Of a stretch of 34,711 bases of DNA, positions 18,163 through 30,800 are shown piece after piece (position 1 is the first letter of the stretch; each line of letters starts with the position of its first letter). Under the pieces are notes generated by a model. The model was given only the letters and a program-made list of their open reading frames with translations, had not been told where the DNA came from and searched no databases. Both the position numbers and the translations under genes were made by a program. Origin of the DNA: a virus (lineage: Duplodnaviria; Caudoviricetes). The stretch spans positions 1 through 34,711 of IMG/VR virus record IMGVR_UViG_3300047480_000737; one strand, 5' to 3'.

Positions 18163-21146
18163 TGGCAAAAAGATTTTATAGATATCCCCCGAGACCCTCT
18201 AGCGGAGCTGGAACTTTCTCCGACAACATTGTAGGTTTACAAATTGTTGACGGTGGAGGTTTGACGCAGGGTAATTTTGAATTCACAACATCGGTAGTTG
18301 AGAAAGTTAATAGAAACTTTAATATTGGTGCGTTTTCAGAACCGATATCTTTGGATAGTTTAAACATTGGTAATATTTTAGAATCTAAAGCAATTATTGC
18401 TAAAGATTTTAGAGTTTATCCTAATTTTGATTTATCGGAGGTTTCAAGATTTACTCTATACGGACCTTTATCTAAAAGGATGTCAACATCCATACAAAAA
18501 ATTATAAACTTTTTTCCAGGTGCTTTAGAGGTATCACCAATAAATTACGATTCATCTACAGGTAATACGGCAACTAACGCGGTTTATGATATACTTGAAA
18601 ACCATACGACATTTGACATTAATATTGCTAAAACAAGAAACCCATTTGGGGTTGATTTTAGTATAAATTCAACAAGAAATATTTCATTATTAGAATATCA
18701 AGTTTCACCATTAAGAAATTTAACGACTGAATACACAAAATATTCGTTATTTATTGGGGATAAAGAATATCCTGTAGTTTACATCCAACCAACCCAAAGT
18801 TTATATAGTGGTATTTTAACTGTGACAATTCTTGGTAAACCATTTGGTGATAATACAACAAGTACAGAGTACTTAGTTATTAGACCCAATAGTTTTTATA
18901 CCGATAAGTCATTATTGGAACCATTTGATGAGGTTGAGAAATTTTTATTAAATAGATTGATAGTTCCTCAGTATACTGCGGTTTTTCAAGTTCCAAGACA
19001 AACGGAAGATGGTTTACTGTTTACGGATAACCAAAGAGTAACTTGGCCATTAAATGGTGTTTGGAATTTAGATATTGCAACCGAGGCTTTTGATTTTTAC
19101 TTAGCAACTGTTAGTGATATTGCAGATTCGTTTGACTCATTTAGAACTAATTTAGTTACTAGATTTTTAACAACACAAGCCTTTAAAGATTTTGACACGG
19201 AAGACCAAAAAGTTCAGAAAATATTGAACGTATATGGTAGAAGTTTTGATGAGGTTAAAAAATTCATTGACACCTTGTCGTTTATGAATTCCGTAAATTA
19301 TAATGTTGGTAACGACATTCCTTCCCAACTACTTAAAAACCTTGCGGAGACAGTCGGTTGGAAAATTAATGTTTCACCAATCACTAACGATAGTTTCTTA
19401 GAATCTGTATTTGGTAATGATAGTAAAATACAATACCCTGGTTTCTCAAGAGCCAATACTCCAACAGAGTTGAATTATCAATTTTATAGAAATTTAATAT
19501 TGAATGCCGCTTACTTATTCAAGTCTAAAGGTACTCGAAAATCTATTGAATTTATGCTTAGATTGGTTGGGGCTCCTGAAGCGTTAGTTGAATTTAATGA
19601 GAATATTTATGTTGCGGGACAGAAGATTAATATGGGGGATTTTGAAAGACAATATTCCTATATTTCAGGTGGAACTTATTCACAGGACTTACCATCATAT
19701 GATAGTGGGACCACTTTCTCAATTAAAGGTATTAAATACACAGGGTTTACAAGTCAAAAAAATATTGAAGATGCCAATGCAACACTTGATGACTATCCTA
19801 TAGATTCTGAAGGTTATCCTTCTTCATTATCGAATAATGAAAATTATTTCTTTCAAAAAGGCGCTGGTTGGTTTGAATTGGTTGAGAGTCACCAAAGTAT
19901 TCAACAGGTTAATAGGACGACTAGTGTATTTACGGGGCAAAATTTTAATATTCAAACATACTTTGAACCGTTCACTTACGGTCAAAAATATTTAGAAAGA
20001 TATAGAACTTTCCCATATATGAGTGAAGGTTTTAAAATAGTTAGAACTATTGATAATAAAAAGAGTTGGCCAATTAATGACGTTGGATTAAGGGTTAGTG
20101 GTGGTAGGTCAAATTATAACGCATATTACTTTGTTAATAATGAGAAGTTAGTAATTAATGTTAAGAACATTGATTTATTTATGAACCCCGCCCAAGGATT
20201 GTTATATGATGTTTGGACAATGTCGACTAAATACGACTACCCAATTCCTAGTACAGGTCTAACAACACCATATCCACAACCTGGAGGAGTTGATTGGACG
20301 TTTATCAATCCTAAACCAAGTAAGAAGACCTTTTTTGAATTCGCTCAAACGTTTTGGAGTAATATGATTAATACTCGAAATAGACAGTTTATTTCTGATG
20401 GTAAAACAGGGGGATACCCTACGTTACAATCTATTTGGTGGAAATATCAACAATCCGAATCTGCGGTTAATATCCCTAACGATAATTTTAATTATCAGAC
20501 AATGATTAATTATATTAATGGTTTAGGTGATTATTGGGTGAGATTAGTTGAACAAATGATACCAGCATCCACTTTATGGATGGCGGGGTCTAAGTTTGAA
20601 AACTCAATCTTCCATAGACAAAAATTCGTGTATAGATTACAAAGAGGTTGTGAAATTGTACCTTTACCTTGTGACCCTTGTAGTATTAATGGTAATATAT
20701 TCCCATATAATTGTAGTGAGGAAAAAGTTACTTGTTATGTATATCCTTGGGATAATGGACAAAGTACTGTTACTTCATTCGGTGATGTACTATACCAAAC
20801 AATCAATAACTATTTGATATCCATAGGTGAAACATTTACCACTTGTTCTGAACAGTCAATCGTGTCTGATTGGTATGTTGATGTTAAATTAGGTGGTAAT
20901 CAAATAATGAAAGTTATGTTTTATAACGGGTTTGGAATAGGAGATGTGCCATCACCAGCACAATGGTTAAATACGATAACTACATATTTACCTGACATAC
21001 TATTAGAACAAGGTCTTGGATTTACGTTGGACGAAAGTACGAGTGAAAGTAAATTTGTTATTTATAATTTAGGATGTGACCCTAAATTTAATGATAAGAC
21101 ATTTGAGTTAAATGTCGGAATAAACTTTTCAATTAAGTGTAATTAA
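18162..21146 (+). CDS. Baseplate protein with a T4 gp7 / P2 gpI-like segment (994 aa)
   Basis: [11 protein letters not shown]...[29 protein letters not shown] and a later MIPAST resemble the gp7/Tail_P2_I KGT and PA motifs. Confidence 0.65.
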   Translation: MAKRFYRYPPRPSSGAGTFSDNIVGLQIVDGGGLTQGNFEFTTSVVEKVNRNFNIGAFSEPISLDSLNIGNILESKAIIAKDFRVYPNFDLSEVSRFTLYGPLSKRMSTSIQKIINFFPGALEVSPINYDSSTGNTATNAVYDILENHTTFDINIAKTRNPFGVDFSINSTRNISLLEYQVSPLRNLTTEYTKYSLFIGDKEYPVVYIQPTQSLYSGILTVTILGKPFGDNTTSTEYLVIRPNSFYTDKSLLEPFDEVEKFLLNRLIVPQYTAVFQVPRQTEDGLLFTDNQRVTWPLNGVWNLDIATEAFDFYLATVSDIADSFDSFRTNLVTRFLTTQAFKDFDTEDQKVQKILNVYGRSFDEVKKFIDTLSFMNSVNYNVGNDIPSQLLKNLAETVGWKINVSPITNDSFLESVFGNDSKIQYPGFSRANTPTELNYQFYRNLILNAAYLFKSKGTRKSIEFMLRLVGAPEALVEFNENIYVAGQKINMGDFERQYSYISGGTYSQDLPSYDSGTTFSIKGIKYTGFTSQKNIEDANATLDDYPIDSEGYPSSLSNNENYFFQKGAGWFELVESHQSIQQVNRTTSVFTGQNFNIQTYFEPFTYGQKYLERYRTFPYMSEGFKIVRTIDNKKSWPINDVGLRVSGGRSNYNAYYFVNNEKLVINVKNIDLFMNPAQGLLYDVWTMSTKYDYPIPSTGLTTPYPQPGGVDWTFINPKPSKKTFFEFAQTFWSNMINTRNRQFISDGKTGGYPTLQSIWWKYQQSESAVNIPNDNFNYQTMINYINGLGDYWVRLVEQMIPASTLWMAGSKFENSIFHRQKFVYRLQRGCEIVPLPCDPCSINGNIFPYNCSEEKVTCYVYPWDNGQSTVTSFGDVLYQTINNYLISIGETFTTCSEQSIVSDWYVDVKLGGNQIMKVMFYNGFGIGDVPSPAQWLNTITTYLPDILLEQGLGFTLDESTSESKFVIYNLGCDPKFNDKTFELNVGINFSIKCN

Positions 21147-23779
21147 TGTTTTATAATGCAATTGTAAATGGGGACTGTAATGGTTTGGGTGATGGTTCAA
21201 TCCAAATATTCCCTATTGACGGTGTCGAACCATATACTATCGATTGGTATAACCCAAATTTAGGTGTTGATACTTTAGTGTACGATGGTGACGACTCAAC
21301 TAGAACAGGACTTAGTGGAGGTTTATATCAAATAAGAATAAATGACTCAAATACCCCGCCAAATGATGAGATTTATGTAAATCTTTGGATTTCGACAGGA
21401 CTATGTCTTAGTTTAGAGACAGTAACTGAAGCGAGTTGTGAAGGAAGTAATGGTATGTTATCCGTAACTGCTACAACACAAAATTATCCAGTAACTTACG
21501 ACTTATATCAGTTGTCGGGATTAAATAGTACCCTTATCAGTACTTCAATTGCTGATGACGTTCAAATTTTTGATTCATTACCATCGGGTATTTATTATGT
21601 TATTGCCACAGACGATGGTGGTTGTTCAGGTTCTACAGGCACTTGTGTTATTACTGATTCAGGTAAATTCACATTTGGTTTATATACTATTGATGATTCC
21701 GCGTGTACCCAAGGTAATACTGGTGCGATATATGTGACAGGTTTAACTGGTACCTCTCCTTACACATATCAGTGGAGTAGTAGCCCGATAAATCAACCCT
21801 CATTAACAGGTTTGTCAGGTGGGTCGTATTCCGTTACTGTTACAGATGCCAATAATTGTTCAATAACTAAAAGTGTTGTGGTATCCGCGGCAACTAGATT
21901 AGGGATTATTAACTTTGTTAACACATCCCCAACTTGTTTTGATAATAATGGACAAATTATTGTTAATTTATCTGGTGGTACACCACCATTTTATTATCAA
22001 TTTTCAAATGGTGAAAATGATATTGATGGAAGTAGAACTTATACATATAATAACTTAGTTGCGGGGACATACACCGTTATAGTTACAGACGCATCACTAT
22101 GTGTTGTTTCAGGTAGTACTACTATTTTAACACCTAACTCATTCACATCAACTAACGTAGTTGTTAAAAACTCAACCTGTTCAAACGGTAGTGGGTCAAT
22201 AACTATATCAGGTGGGGGTGGACAAACGCCATATATTTTTGAATTATTAGATTCTAACGGTACTGTACTTAATACTCAGAACACATCTCCTAGTGCGGTT
22301 TTTAATAATTTAAGTTCAGGTACTTATACCGTAACAATGACAACTCAGGGTGGGATTTGTACTTACACTAAAACAGTGGTTATTGAGAACGTACAACCAT
22401 ATGCGGTTAACGTGAACCCAATTGCAACTACCTGTGGAAATCAAAATGGGTCGGTTACTGTTTATGTGGACACTCCAGGTATTTACACCTACCAGGTCGG
22501 TAGTCAAATAATTGCAAATAGTACAAGCCAAACGGCAACATTTACCAATCTACCTGCAGGTTTTTATAACGCATTAGTTAGTGATGCGGACCCTGATAGT
22601 GAATCGTGTACAATAAAAACAAGTTTTATTATTCCATCATCGACCAAGACCGCGTTTACTTTAACTAGTACTTCTTGTGGGAACGGTAATGAGGGTACAG
22701 TTACTGCCTTAATTACAGGAGGTAAACCACCATATACTTTTGGTTGGTCCTCAAATGTTGGTTCTCAAACGGGTATGTTTATAACGGGATTGACTGCGGG
22801 AACGTATAGTTTAATTTTAACCGATTCTGACGGATGTGTTGCAAACAAGACAATTTCAGTAAGTTGTAGTTCTAATAATTCGACATATTCATTATTTAAT
22901 GTCTGTGATAGTGAATTTATTGAGAATAGTGGTACTGAACAAGGTTTAAGACAAATGTTAAATGATGGTTATGAAGTTCTAACTTCGGGAGAAACGGGAT
23001 GTTCATTAACCGCCGCAACATTTACTATATTGTTAGATGTTGGGGGTACAGGTTATACTAGTGAATTTTATAATTCAGTTGGAATTTTGGATTACCCAAC
23101 AGATACCCAATACGTTACCGCGTTACGAAATCTATTAGATAGTATACCTGGTATTGGTTCTATCATAATTAATACCGAATCAAATACAATTCAGTTAAGT
23201 ACTGATTGTTTAAAGGCCTTATCGGATAAGGACGTTATAATTAGATTAATGATAGATTATGGATTCTGTTGTGACGATTACTCAACACCTACGCCAACAC
23301 CTACGCCAACTCAAACCCCAACACCGACTCAAACTCCTATACCGACTCAAACTCCTACGGTAACTCCAACGCCGACTCAAACACCTACGCCAACTCAAAC
23401 TCCTACACCAACTCAAACTCCTACGGTAACTCCAACACCTACACCGAGTCCAACACCGACTCAAACACCTACGGCAACTCCAACTCAAACACCGACCCCA
23501 ACACCTACGACAACTCCAACTCAAACACCTACACCAACGGAAACATATTACTATTACAACGTTCAAGAGGTTATTGATTGTGAAACAGGGGCAATTGGTG
23601 GTGATGTTTATGTAGTTAGATATATAAATCAGTTAAGTATTGGAGAATTTGTTAATTTAGACAGAGTTCCTTGTGTTACTTGTGCTTACCAAGTTTTATC
23701 ATTAACAAATGGCCCTGAACAATACAATGTAACTGCGGCTACTTGTGGGTCAACAATACCTGTACAATGTTGTATTTAA
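21146..23779 (+). CDS. SprB-repeat adhesin-like putative virion protein with a Pro/Thr linker (877 aa)
   Basis: Repeats such as [28 protein letters not shown]...[18 protein letters not shown] and [11 protein letters not shown]...[18 protein letters not shown] fit the SprB repeat consensus. Confidence 0.8.
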   Translation: MFYNAIVNGDCNGLGDGSIQIFPIDGVEPYTIDWYNPNLGVDTLVYDGDDSTRTGLSGGLYQIRINDSNTPPNDEIYVNLWISTGLCLSLETVTEASCEGSNGMLSVTATTQNYPVTYDLYQLSGLNSTLISTSIADDVQIFDSLPSGIYYVIATDDGGCSGSTGTCVITDSGKFTFGLYTIDDSACTQGNTGAIYVTGLTGTSPYTYQWSSSPINQPSLTGLSGGSYSVTVTDANNCSITKSVVVSAATRLGIINFVNTSPTCFDNNGQIIVNLSGGTPPFYYQFSNGENDIDGSRTYTYNNLVAGTYTVIVTDASLCVVSGSTTILTPNSFTSTNVVVKNSTCSNGSGSITISGGGGQTPYIFELLDSNGTVLNTQNTSPSAVFNNLSSGTYTVTMTTQGGICTYTKTVVIENVQPYAVNVNPIATTCGNQNGSVTVYVDTPGIYTYQVGSQIIANSTSQTATFTNLPAGFYNALVSDADPDSESCTIKTSFIIPSSTKTAFTLTSTSCGNGNEGTVTALITGGKPPYTFGWSSNVGSQTGMFITGLTAGTYSLILTDSDGCVANKTISVSCSSNNSTYSLFNVCDSEFIENSGTEQGLRQMLNDGYEVLTSGETGCSLTAATFTILLDVGGTGYTSEFYNSVGILDYPTDTQYVTALRNLLDSIPGIGSIIINTESNTIQLSTDCLKALSDKDVIIRLMIDYGFCCDDYSTPTPTPTPTQTPTPTQTPIPTQTPTVTPTPTQTPTPTQTPTPTQTPTVTPTPTPSPTPTQTPTATPTQTPTPTPTTTPTQTPTPTETYYYYNVQEVIDCETGAIGGDVYVVRYINQLSIGEFVNLDRVPCVTCAYQVLSLTNGPEQYNVTAATCGSTIPVQCCI
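23282..23540 (+). repeat. (TP/TQ)n Pro-Thr-rich coding repeat
   Basis: [14 protein letters not shown]... over about 85 codons. Confidence 0.9.
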
Positions 23780-23865
23780 AAGCGTGTAATAACGTGGTAT
23801 TCCCATTCTTTTAAAAACTCTTACAAATATTATTACAACCTACAATAATAAAAAGGTTTCGTTAA

Positions 23866-23873
23866 TATTTATA
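23866..23873 (+). promoter_or_regulatory. TATTTATA motif upstream of the 311-aa gene
   Basis: In a 131-nt intergenic gap; same motif as before other structural genes. Confidence 0.45.
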
Positions 23874-23910
23874 AAATGAGTTAATCATAAAAAAAAACGT
23901 AACATAATTT

Positions 23911-24846
23911 GTGGGGTCATCAATAACTATTACAAGTATAACAGGAACATCACCATATCAAGTATATGTGTGTAATGTGCTTGGTGCTAGTTGTAGCTAT
24001 GTTGGGTCCACAACAACAATGCCGTATACTGTGGTTTTACCTGCAATGTATAATAGTGCCCCTGCGGTTATGATTAAAGTTATTGACTCACTTAATTGTG
24101 AAACATTTATAATCGCACCTTGTACCGAACCTACACCTACCCCTACACCTACCGCAACTCCAACACCTACTGCAACTCCACCACCAACTCCAACACCAGA
24201 ACCTACAGGTACTCCGACTCCAACACCAACACCGACCCAAACTCCGACTCAAACACCAACACCGACACCAACCGCAACACCTTCATTCTACGCTTATTTA
24301 ACTATTGAACCATATAGTGCAAGAACTTCATTTAACACTTGGATGGTATCTCAAGGAAGTGCGTTTAGAGGTTATAATATTAATTCCCCTTCGGTTGCCT
24401 CATCAACATTTAATAATCAGATGAATGCTTACTTAAATTATACAGGATGGGGTAGTTTAGGTGTACCATCAATTAGAAGTGAACAAGTACCAACATCTTC
24501 GGGAGGATTCGATTCTGAAGGTAATCCAATAGTTGCGTATAGATTCTTAACTCACGAAGTCCCTAATACAGTTATGGACCCTAATGAGTCTTGTTGGTAT
24601 ACTTGGTTTGTTCCAACAGGGGCGACAAATGGACAAAAATATGCGACAATTGGTGAATCAAATAGCCCAGGTTCTTTAACTTACTTTACTATGAATAGTA
24701 CATACTCTAGTTTCATTGTTAATTATACAGGTACTGCAATACCTGCAGGTACTTATAGAGTGTATTCGACATATACAATTGGTGACTTTAAAATAAAGAA
24801 TTTTAATAATAATTTATATTTCCGAGGAGGAAGTTTAATACCGTAA
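23911..24846 (+). CDS. Two-domain putative virion decoration/fibre protein with a Pro/Thr linker (311 aa, GTG start)
   Basis: Cys-containing 70-aa N-domain (GTSPYQVYVC...IDSLNC, loosely SprB-like), PT linker at about 24124-24282, globular C-domain. Confidence 0.7.
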   Translation: MGSSITITSITGTSPYQVYVCNVLGASCSYVGSTTTMPYTVVLPAMYNSAPAVMIKVIDSLNCETFIIAPCTEPTPTPTPTATPTPTATPPPTPTPEPTGTPTPTPTPTQTPTQTPTPTPTATPSFYAYLTIEPYSARTSFNTWMVSQGSAFRGYNINSPSVASSTFNNQMNAYLNYTGWGSLGVPSIRSEQVPTSSGGFDSEGNPIVAYRFLTHEVPNTVMDPNESCWYTWFVPTGATNGQKYATIGESNSPGSLTYFTMNSTYSSFIVNYTGTAIPAGTYRVYSTYTIGDFKIKNFNNNLYFRGGSLIP

Positions 24847-24859
24847 GATATTTAATAAT

Positions 24860-27800
24860 ATGATGAGTTTTGATTATAAAAATCCAGTTTCTGCTAATGT
24901 TGTTTTCGGTCCAATATCCGTAGATAGAGCTAACGTTGAAGGTACTAATTTCAGTGTAGACAGTATCGGTGGATATATGGAAGTTTACAACCTTTCAGAT
25001 TTAATTTGGACAATACCTAATGACGTTTTAATTAATGGTGGTGCCGTTGAGTATTCAGGTAATAGTATCCCAATTAATTTCAGTTATAATGTCCCATATG
25101 GAACATCTAATGAAATAAGATTATATAATGACGGTATATCTTCAGGTAGAAGAAGATTGGGTATGTTAGTTTATGTTCACGAAACTGATTTAACATATCA
25201 ATATGTAATACCTGATTATACTACACTTTTTAACAATGCGGAAACCGCGGGCTCTCTAACGGAAGTCTCGACAGGTTATATGTGTTTTAATGACACCCCC
25301 CAAGGAGAGTTATTCCTTAACGCTTGGACTGCGTCAACTATTGAAGGCGTTGGAGGTGTTACTCATAACGACGCTCGTTGGAGAATAGCCGATTTAAATG
25401 ATACCTACATCACGGGAGGAACTTTCTTTACAGGTGCTTCGGGTATCAACAACTATATTGAATTATACGATAATTCAGGTAATACAGTTAGTATTACAGG
25501 AATGACTGACATAAATGTTACGGGTGGTACTTATTTTTCTGCATCATCTGAGATTCATTTATATAATAATATTGGTGATACCATTATAATAACGGGTATT
25601 ACTGCGACTAATTCAGGTACATCAGGTACTAGTGGTTCTTCAGGGACATCAGGTTCGTCGGGGATTAATGGTTCATCAGGTACTAGTGGTTCTTCAGGAA
25701 CTTCAGGTTCAAGTGGAACTTCAGGTACAAATGGTTCGAGCGGTACATCGGGAACTTCAGGTTCATCGGGAACTAGTGGTATTTCAGGAACGTCAGGGAC
25801 GGATGGTTCTTCAGGGACGGATGGTTCTTCAGGGACAAGTGGTACTTCAGGGACAAGTGGTACTTCAGGGACTAACGGTTCTTCAGGGACTTCAGGTTCA
25901 AGTGGTACGTCGGGTACTAGTGGTATTTCAGGTACTTCAGGAACATCAGGTATTGACGGTTCATCAGGAACATCAGGTATTGACGGTTCATCAGGAACAT
26001 CAGGTATTGACGGTTCATCAGGAACATCGGGTTCATCGGGAGAAAGTGGTACATCAGGGACTTCAGGGTCTTCAGGTGTTGATGGTATAAATGGAACAGA
26101 TGGTTCAAGTGGAACATCAGGTTCATCAGGTATTAGTGGTACTTCAGGTACTAATGGTTCTTCAGGTACAAGTGGTACTTCGGGAACTAACGGTTCTTCA
26201 GGAACATCAGGTTCAAGCGGTACTTCAGGTACTGATGGTTCATCGGGTACTGATGGTTCATCTGGTACAAATGGTTCTTCAGGTACTGACGGTTCTTCGG
26301 GGACTAGCGGTTCATCAGGTGTTAACGGTTCATCAGGTACTTCGGGAAGTAGTGGAGAATCAGGTTCATCTGGAACGAGTGGGTCTTCAGGAGTTGACGG
26401 TATAAATGGAACGGATGGTTCTTCAGGAACATCAGGTTCATCAGGAGAATCGGGAACTAGTGGAACATCAGGAACTTCAGGAACAAATGGTTCTTCAGGA
26501 ACAAATGGTTCTTCAGGAACAAATGGTTCTTCGGGGACTAGTGGTTCTTCAGGGACTTCAGGTGAAAGTGGTACATCGGGTACTAGCGGTTCTTCAGGAT
26601 TAAGTGGAGTTAATGGTACTGATGGTTCAAGCGGTACTTCGGGAAGTAGCGGAGAATCAGGTACATCAGGAACAAGTGGCTCTTCAGGAGTTGACGGTAT
26701 AAATGGAACGGATGGTTCTTCAGGAACTAGCGGTTCATCGGGAGAATCGGGAACTAGTGGTACTTCAGGAACAAACGGTTCTTCAGGTACATCTGGAACA
26801 AGTGGTACTTCAGGGACAAATGGTTCTTCAGGTACTAGTGGCACTTCAGGAACTTCAGGTACATCAGGAACTTCAGGTTCAAGTGGAACAAGCGGTTCTT
26901 CAGGAACTTCAGGTTCGAGCGGTACATCAGGGACTTCAGGTTCAAGCGGAACAAGTGGTTCTTCAGGAGAGAGTGGAACATCGGGGACTTCAGGGTCTTC
27001 AGGCGTTGATGGTATAAATGGGACTGACGGTTCTTCAGGAACATCAGGTTCGTCAGGAGAATCAGGTTCTGCTGGAACAAGTGGTTCTTCAGGTACTTCA
27101 GGTACTAATGGTTCTTCAGGGACAAGTGGTTCATCAGGAACTGACGGTTCTAGTGGGACATCAGGTTCTTCGGGTACTGATGGTTCTTCTGGAGAAAGTG
27201 GTACATCAGGAACTGATGGGTCAAGTGGTACTTCAGGGACTGACGGTTCTTCAGGGACTTCAGGTTCGTCGGGAGAATCAGGTTCGAGTGGGACTAGCGG
27301 TTCTTCTGGTGTTGATGGTATAAATGGTACAGATGGTTCTTCGGGTGTTAGCGGTTCTTCAGGAACTGATGGGTCAAGTGGAACTAGCGGTACGTCAGGA
27401 ACAAATGGTTCAAGTGGGACTAGCGGTTCAAGTGGTACAAATGGTTCTTCAGGTACTAGTGGTACTTCAGGGACAGATGGTTCGAGTGGGACAAGCGGCT
27501 CTTCGGGAACTGACGGTTCAAGTGGTACTTCAGGAACAAGTGGTTCTTCAGGTACTAGTGGTACGTCAGGAACAAACGGTTCTTCAGGTACTAGCGGTGA
27601 ATCAGGTTCTGCGGGAACAAGTGGTTCATCTGGTGTTGATGGTATAAATGGAACGGATGGTTCGAGTGGAACTAGCGGTTCAAGCGGTACTGATGGGTCT
27701 TCAGGAACAAGTGGGTCTTCAGGAACAAGTGGAACCTCAGGAACTAATGGTTCAAGTGGTACATCAGGTTCTTCAGGAACAAGTGGTTCTTCAGGAACTT

Positions 27801-30800
27801 CAGGTTCGAGCGGAACATCAGGAACTAGCGGAACATCAGGAACCAGCGGTTCATCGGGAACTTCAGGTTCATCTGGGGTAAGTGCCGATTATATAGGAAA
27901 TTCAACAGATTGTATTGATTTATCGACATTAGTTGTTGGTACTAACATAACAATAACTACAAGTGTAGGTTTATCATATACTATTGCCCAACATTTAATT
28001 GTTGCGTACGACAATTCAAATCACTTTCACGGTGATGTGATTTCATATAATCCGTCTACAGGTTCTTTAACATTACAGATAACTGAAATTGACGGTTCAG
28101 GTAATTACTGTACTTGGGAAACAAATTTAGATGGTGCATCAGGAGGTGACGGTACATCAGGTACGAGTGGAACTTCAGGGACAAATGGTTCAAGTGGGAC
28201 TTCAGGTTCTGCGGGAACTAGTGGTTCATCGGGAGTTGATGGTATAAATGGAACCGACGGTTCAAGTGGGACTTCAGGTTCTGCGGGAACTAGTGGTTCA
28301 TCAGGAACTAATGGTTCTTCAGGTACAAGTGGTACTTCGGGAACTAATGGTTCTTCAGGAACAAGTGGAACGTCAGGTTCCTCAGGGACTTCAGGTTCAA
28401 GTGGTACCTCACCAACGGGATTGGTTGCATCTGACTATGTTGTACAAGGTTATTTATCGACAAATCAATCAATTCCTTCAAATGTTGATACTATAATTCA
28501 ATTTATTGATGATTTTGACCCTAATAATTGGTGGGATGTATCAACTTATAGATTTACACCAACAATAGCGGGTTACTACAATGTGACACTTGAAGTTTTT
28601 TGGCAAACAGCTACGGTAGCGAACAATCAATATAATTCACAAATCCGTAAAAATGGGAATCAAACATTCATTTGGCAAAATCAAACAACAACATCTGCAG
28701 GTGTTTCACAAGGTAATAATAAAATAATTTATTTTAATGGGACTACTGATTATGTTGAATTTACGGGTTATAATGGAGACCCAACAAGTAGAAATCTTGA
28801 GGGTGGTTCTAATAGGTCAACAAGTTATTTCTCGGCTTATTTAATCGTTGGTGGTGGAACTTCAGGCTCATCTGGTACTAGCGGTTCTTCAGGAACAAGT
28901 GGTACTTCAGGTGCGAGTGGTTCTTCAGGAACATCAGGTTCTTCAGGAACAAGTGGAACTTCAGGTACTAACGGTTCTAGTGGTACCAATGGTTCTAGTG
29001 GTACTTCAGGTTCATCAGGAGTATCGGGTACTAGCGGAACATCGGGAACAAGTGGTTCTTCAGGAACTTCGGGTTCTTCAGGTACAAGTGGTTCTTCAGG
29101 TGTTAATGGTACTTCAGGAACAAGTGGAACCTCAGGTACAAACGGGTCGAGTGGAACAAGTGGTTCATCAGGTACAAGTGGTTCGTCAGGAACAAGCGGA
29201 ACTTCAGGTGTATCAGGAACAAGCGGAACTTCAGGGACTTCAGGTTCATCAGGAACGAATGGGTCTTCAGGAACAAGCGGAACTTCAGGTACGAATGGTT
29301 CTAGTGGTACATCAGGTACTTCAGGAACAAATGGTTCAAGTGGAACCTCAGGTTCTTCAGGTGTGGATGGTATAAATGGAACGGATGGTTCTTCAGGAAC
29401 TAGCGGTTCATCAGGTATAAATGGTACTTCAGGTACGAGTGGTGTTTCAGGGACTAGTGGAACTTCGGGTTCTTCAGGTGTGTCGGGAACTAGCGGTACT
29501 TCAGGTACAAGTGGTTCGTCAGGTACTAACGGTTCGTCAGGAACTAGCGGAACATCAGGTTCAAGTGGGACTTCAGGTTCTTCAGGAACAAGTGGAACAT
29601 CAGGAACAAATGGTTCTAGTGGAACATCAGGAACAAATGGTTCAAGTGGGACTTCAGGTTCATCAGGAACAAGTGGAACTTCAGGTTCTTCGGGTACTAA
29701 TGGTTCTTCAGGGACAAGTGGTACTAATGGTTCTTCAGGGACAAGTGGAACATCAGGTACAAATGGTTCTTCAGGGACAAACGGGTCTTCAGGAACAAGT
29801 GGTACTTCAGGGACAAATGGTTCAAGTGGAACTTCAGGTTCATCAGGTGTTGATGGTATAAATGGTACTGACGGTTCTTCAGGGGTTTCAGGAACAAGTG
29901 GGACATCAGGTTCTTCAGGAGTTTCGGGTACTAGTGGAACTTCAGGAACAAATGGTTCGAGTGGTACGTCAGGTACAAACGGTTCTAGTGGAACATCGGG
30001 GTCTTCAGGGACTAGCGGTTCTTCAGGGGTTTCAGGAACAAGTGGGACATCAGGTTCTTCAGGAGTTTCGGGTACTAGTGGAACTTCAGGAACTAGCGGT
30101 ACGTCAGGTACAAATGGTTCTAGTGGAACATCAGGTACAAATGGTTCTAGCGGTACTTCAGGAACTTCAGGTACTAGTGGTTCAAGTGGAACAAATGGTT
30201 CATCAGGAACAAATGGTTCATCAGGAACAAATGGTTCAAGCGGTACGTCAGGTAAAGCGGGAACTTCAGGAACTAGCGGTACTTCAGGAACAAACGGTTC
30301 TTCAGGGACTAGTGGTTCATCAGGTACTAATGGTTCTTCAGGTGTGGATGGTATAAATGGAACGGATGGTTCTTCAGGAACTAGCGGTTCATCAGGTATA
30401 AATGGTACTTCAGGTACTAGCGGAACTTCAGGTTCGTCAGGTACTAGTGGAACTTCAGGTTCATCAGGTACTAACGGTTCGAGTGGTACTTCAGGAACAA
30501 ACGGTTCTTCGGGTACTAGTGGTTCAAGTGGTACCAACGGTTCGAGTGGTACGTCAGGAACAAGTGGTTCATCGGGTGTATCAGGAACAAGTGGAACTTC
30601 TGGAACTAATGGTTCTAGTGGTACTTCAGGAACAAACGGTTCTTCGGGAACTAGCGGTTCGAGTGGTACGTCAGGTACAAGTGGTTCGTCAGGAACAAAT
30701 GGTTCTAGTGGAACATCAGGTAAAGCGGGAACTTCAGGGACTAGCGGAACTTCAGGAACAAACGGTTCAAGTGGAACTTCAGGTTCGTCAGGAGTATCAG

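Noticed and set aside
6184-21146. Bacterial contractile injection system (eCIS/T6SS/tailocin)
   Set aside because: It directly adjoins phage-type replication genes, with no T6SS membrane-complex or Afp ATPase genes and no host housekeeping context in the window.
3024-22531. Other short ORFs (60-80 aa) nested in long genes, e.g. 3024-3227, 12407-12613, 14557-14790, 18176-18367
   Set aside because: They overlap well-supported CDSs almost entirely, have no motifs, and are expected by chance.
23282-23566. Cys/Arg/Trp-rich antisense ORF and the shifted-frame ORF at 24120-24308
   Set aside because: Shadows of the Pro-Thr repeats.
23825-23870. Weak inverted repeat AAATATTA...TAATATTT in the 23780-23910 gap
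   Set aside because: Short, AT-only and interrupted; likely chance in AT-rich DNA.
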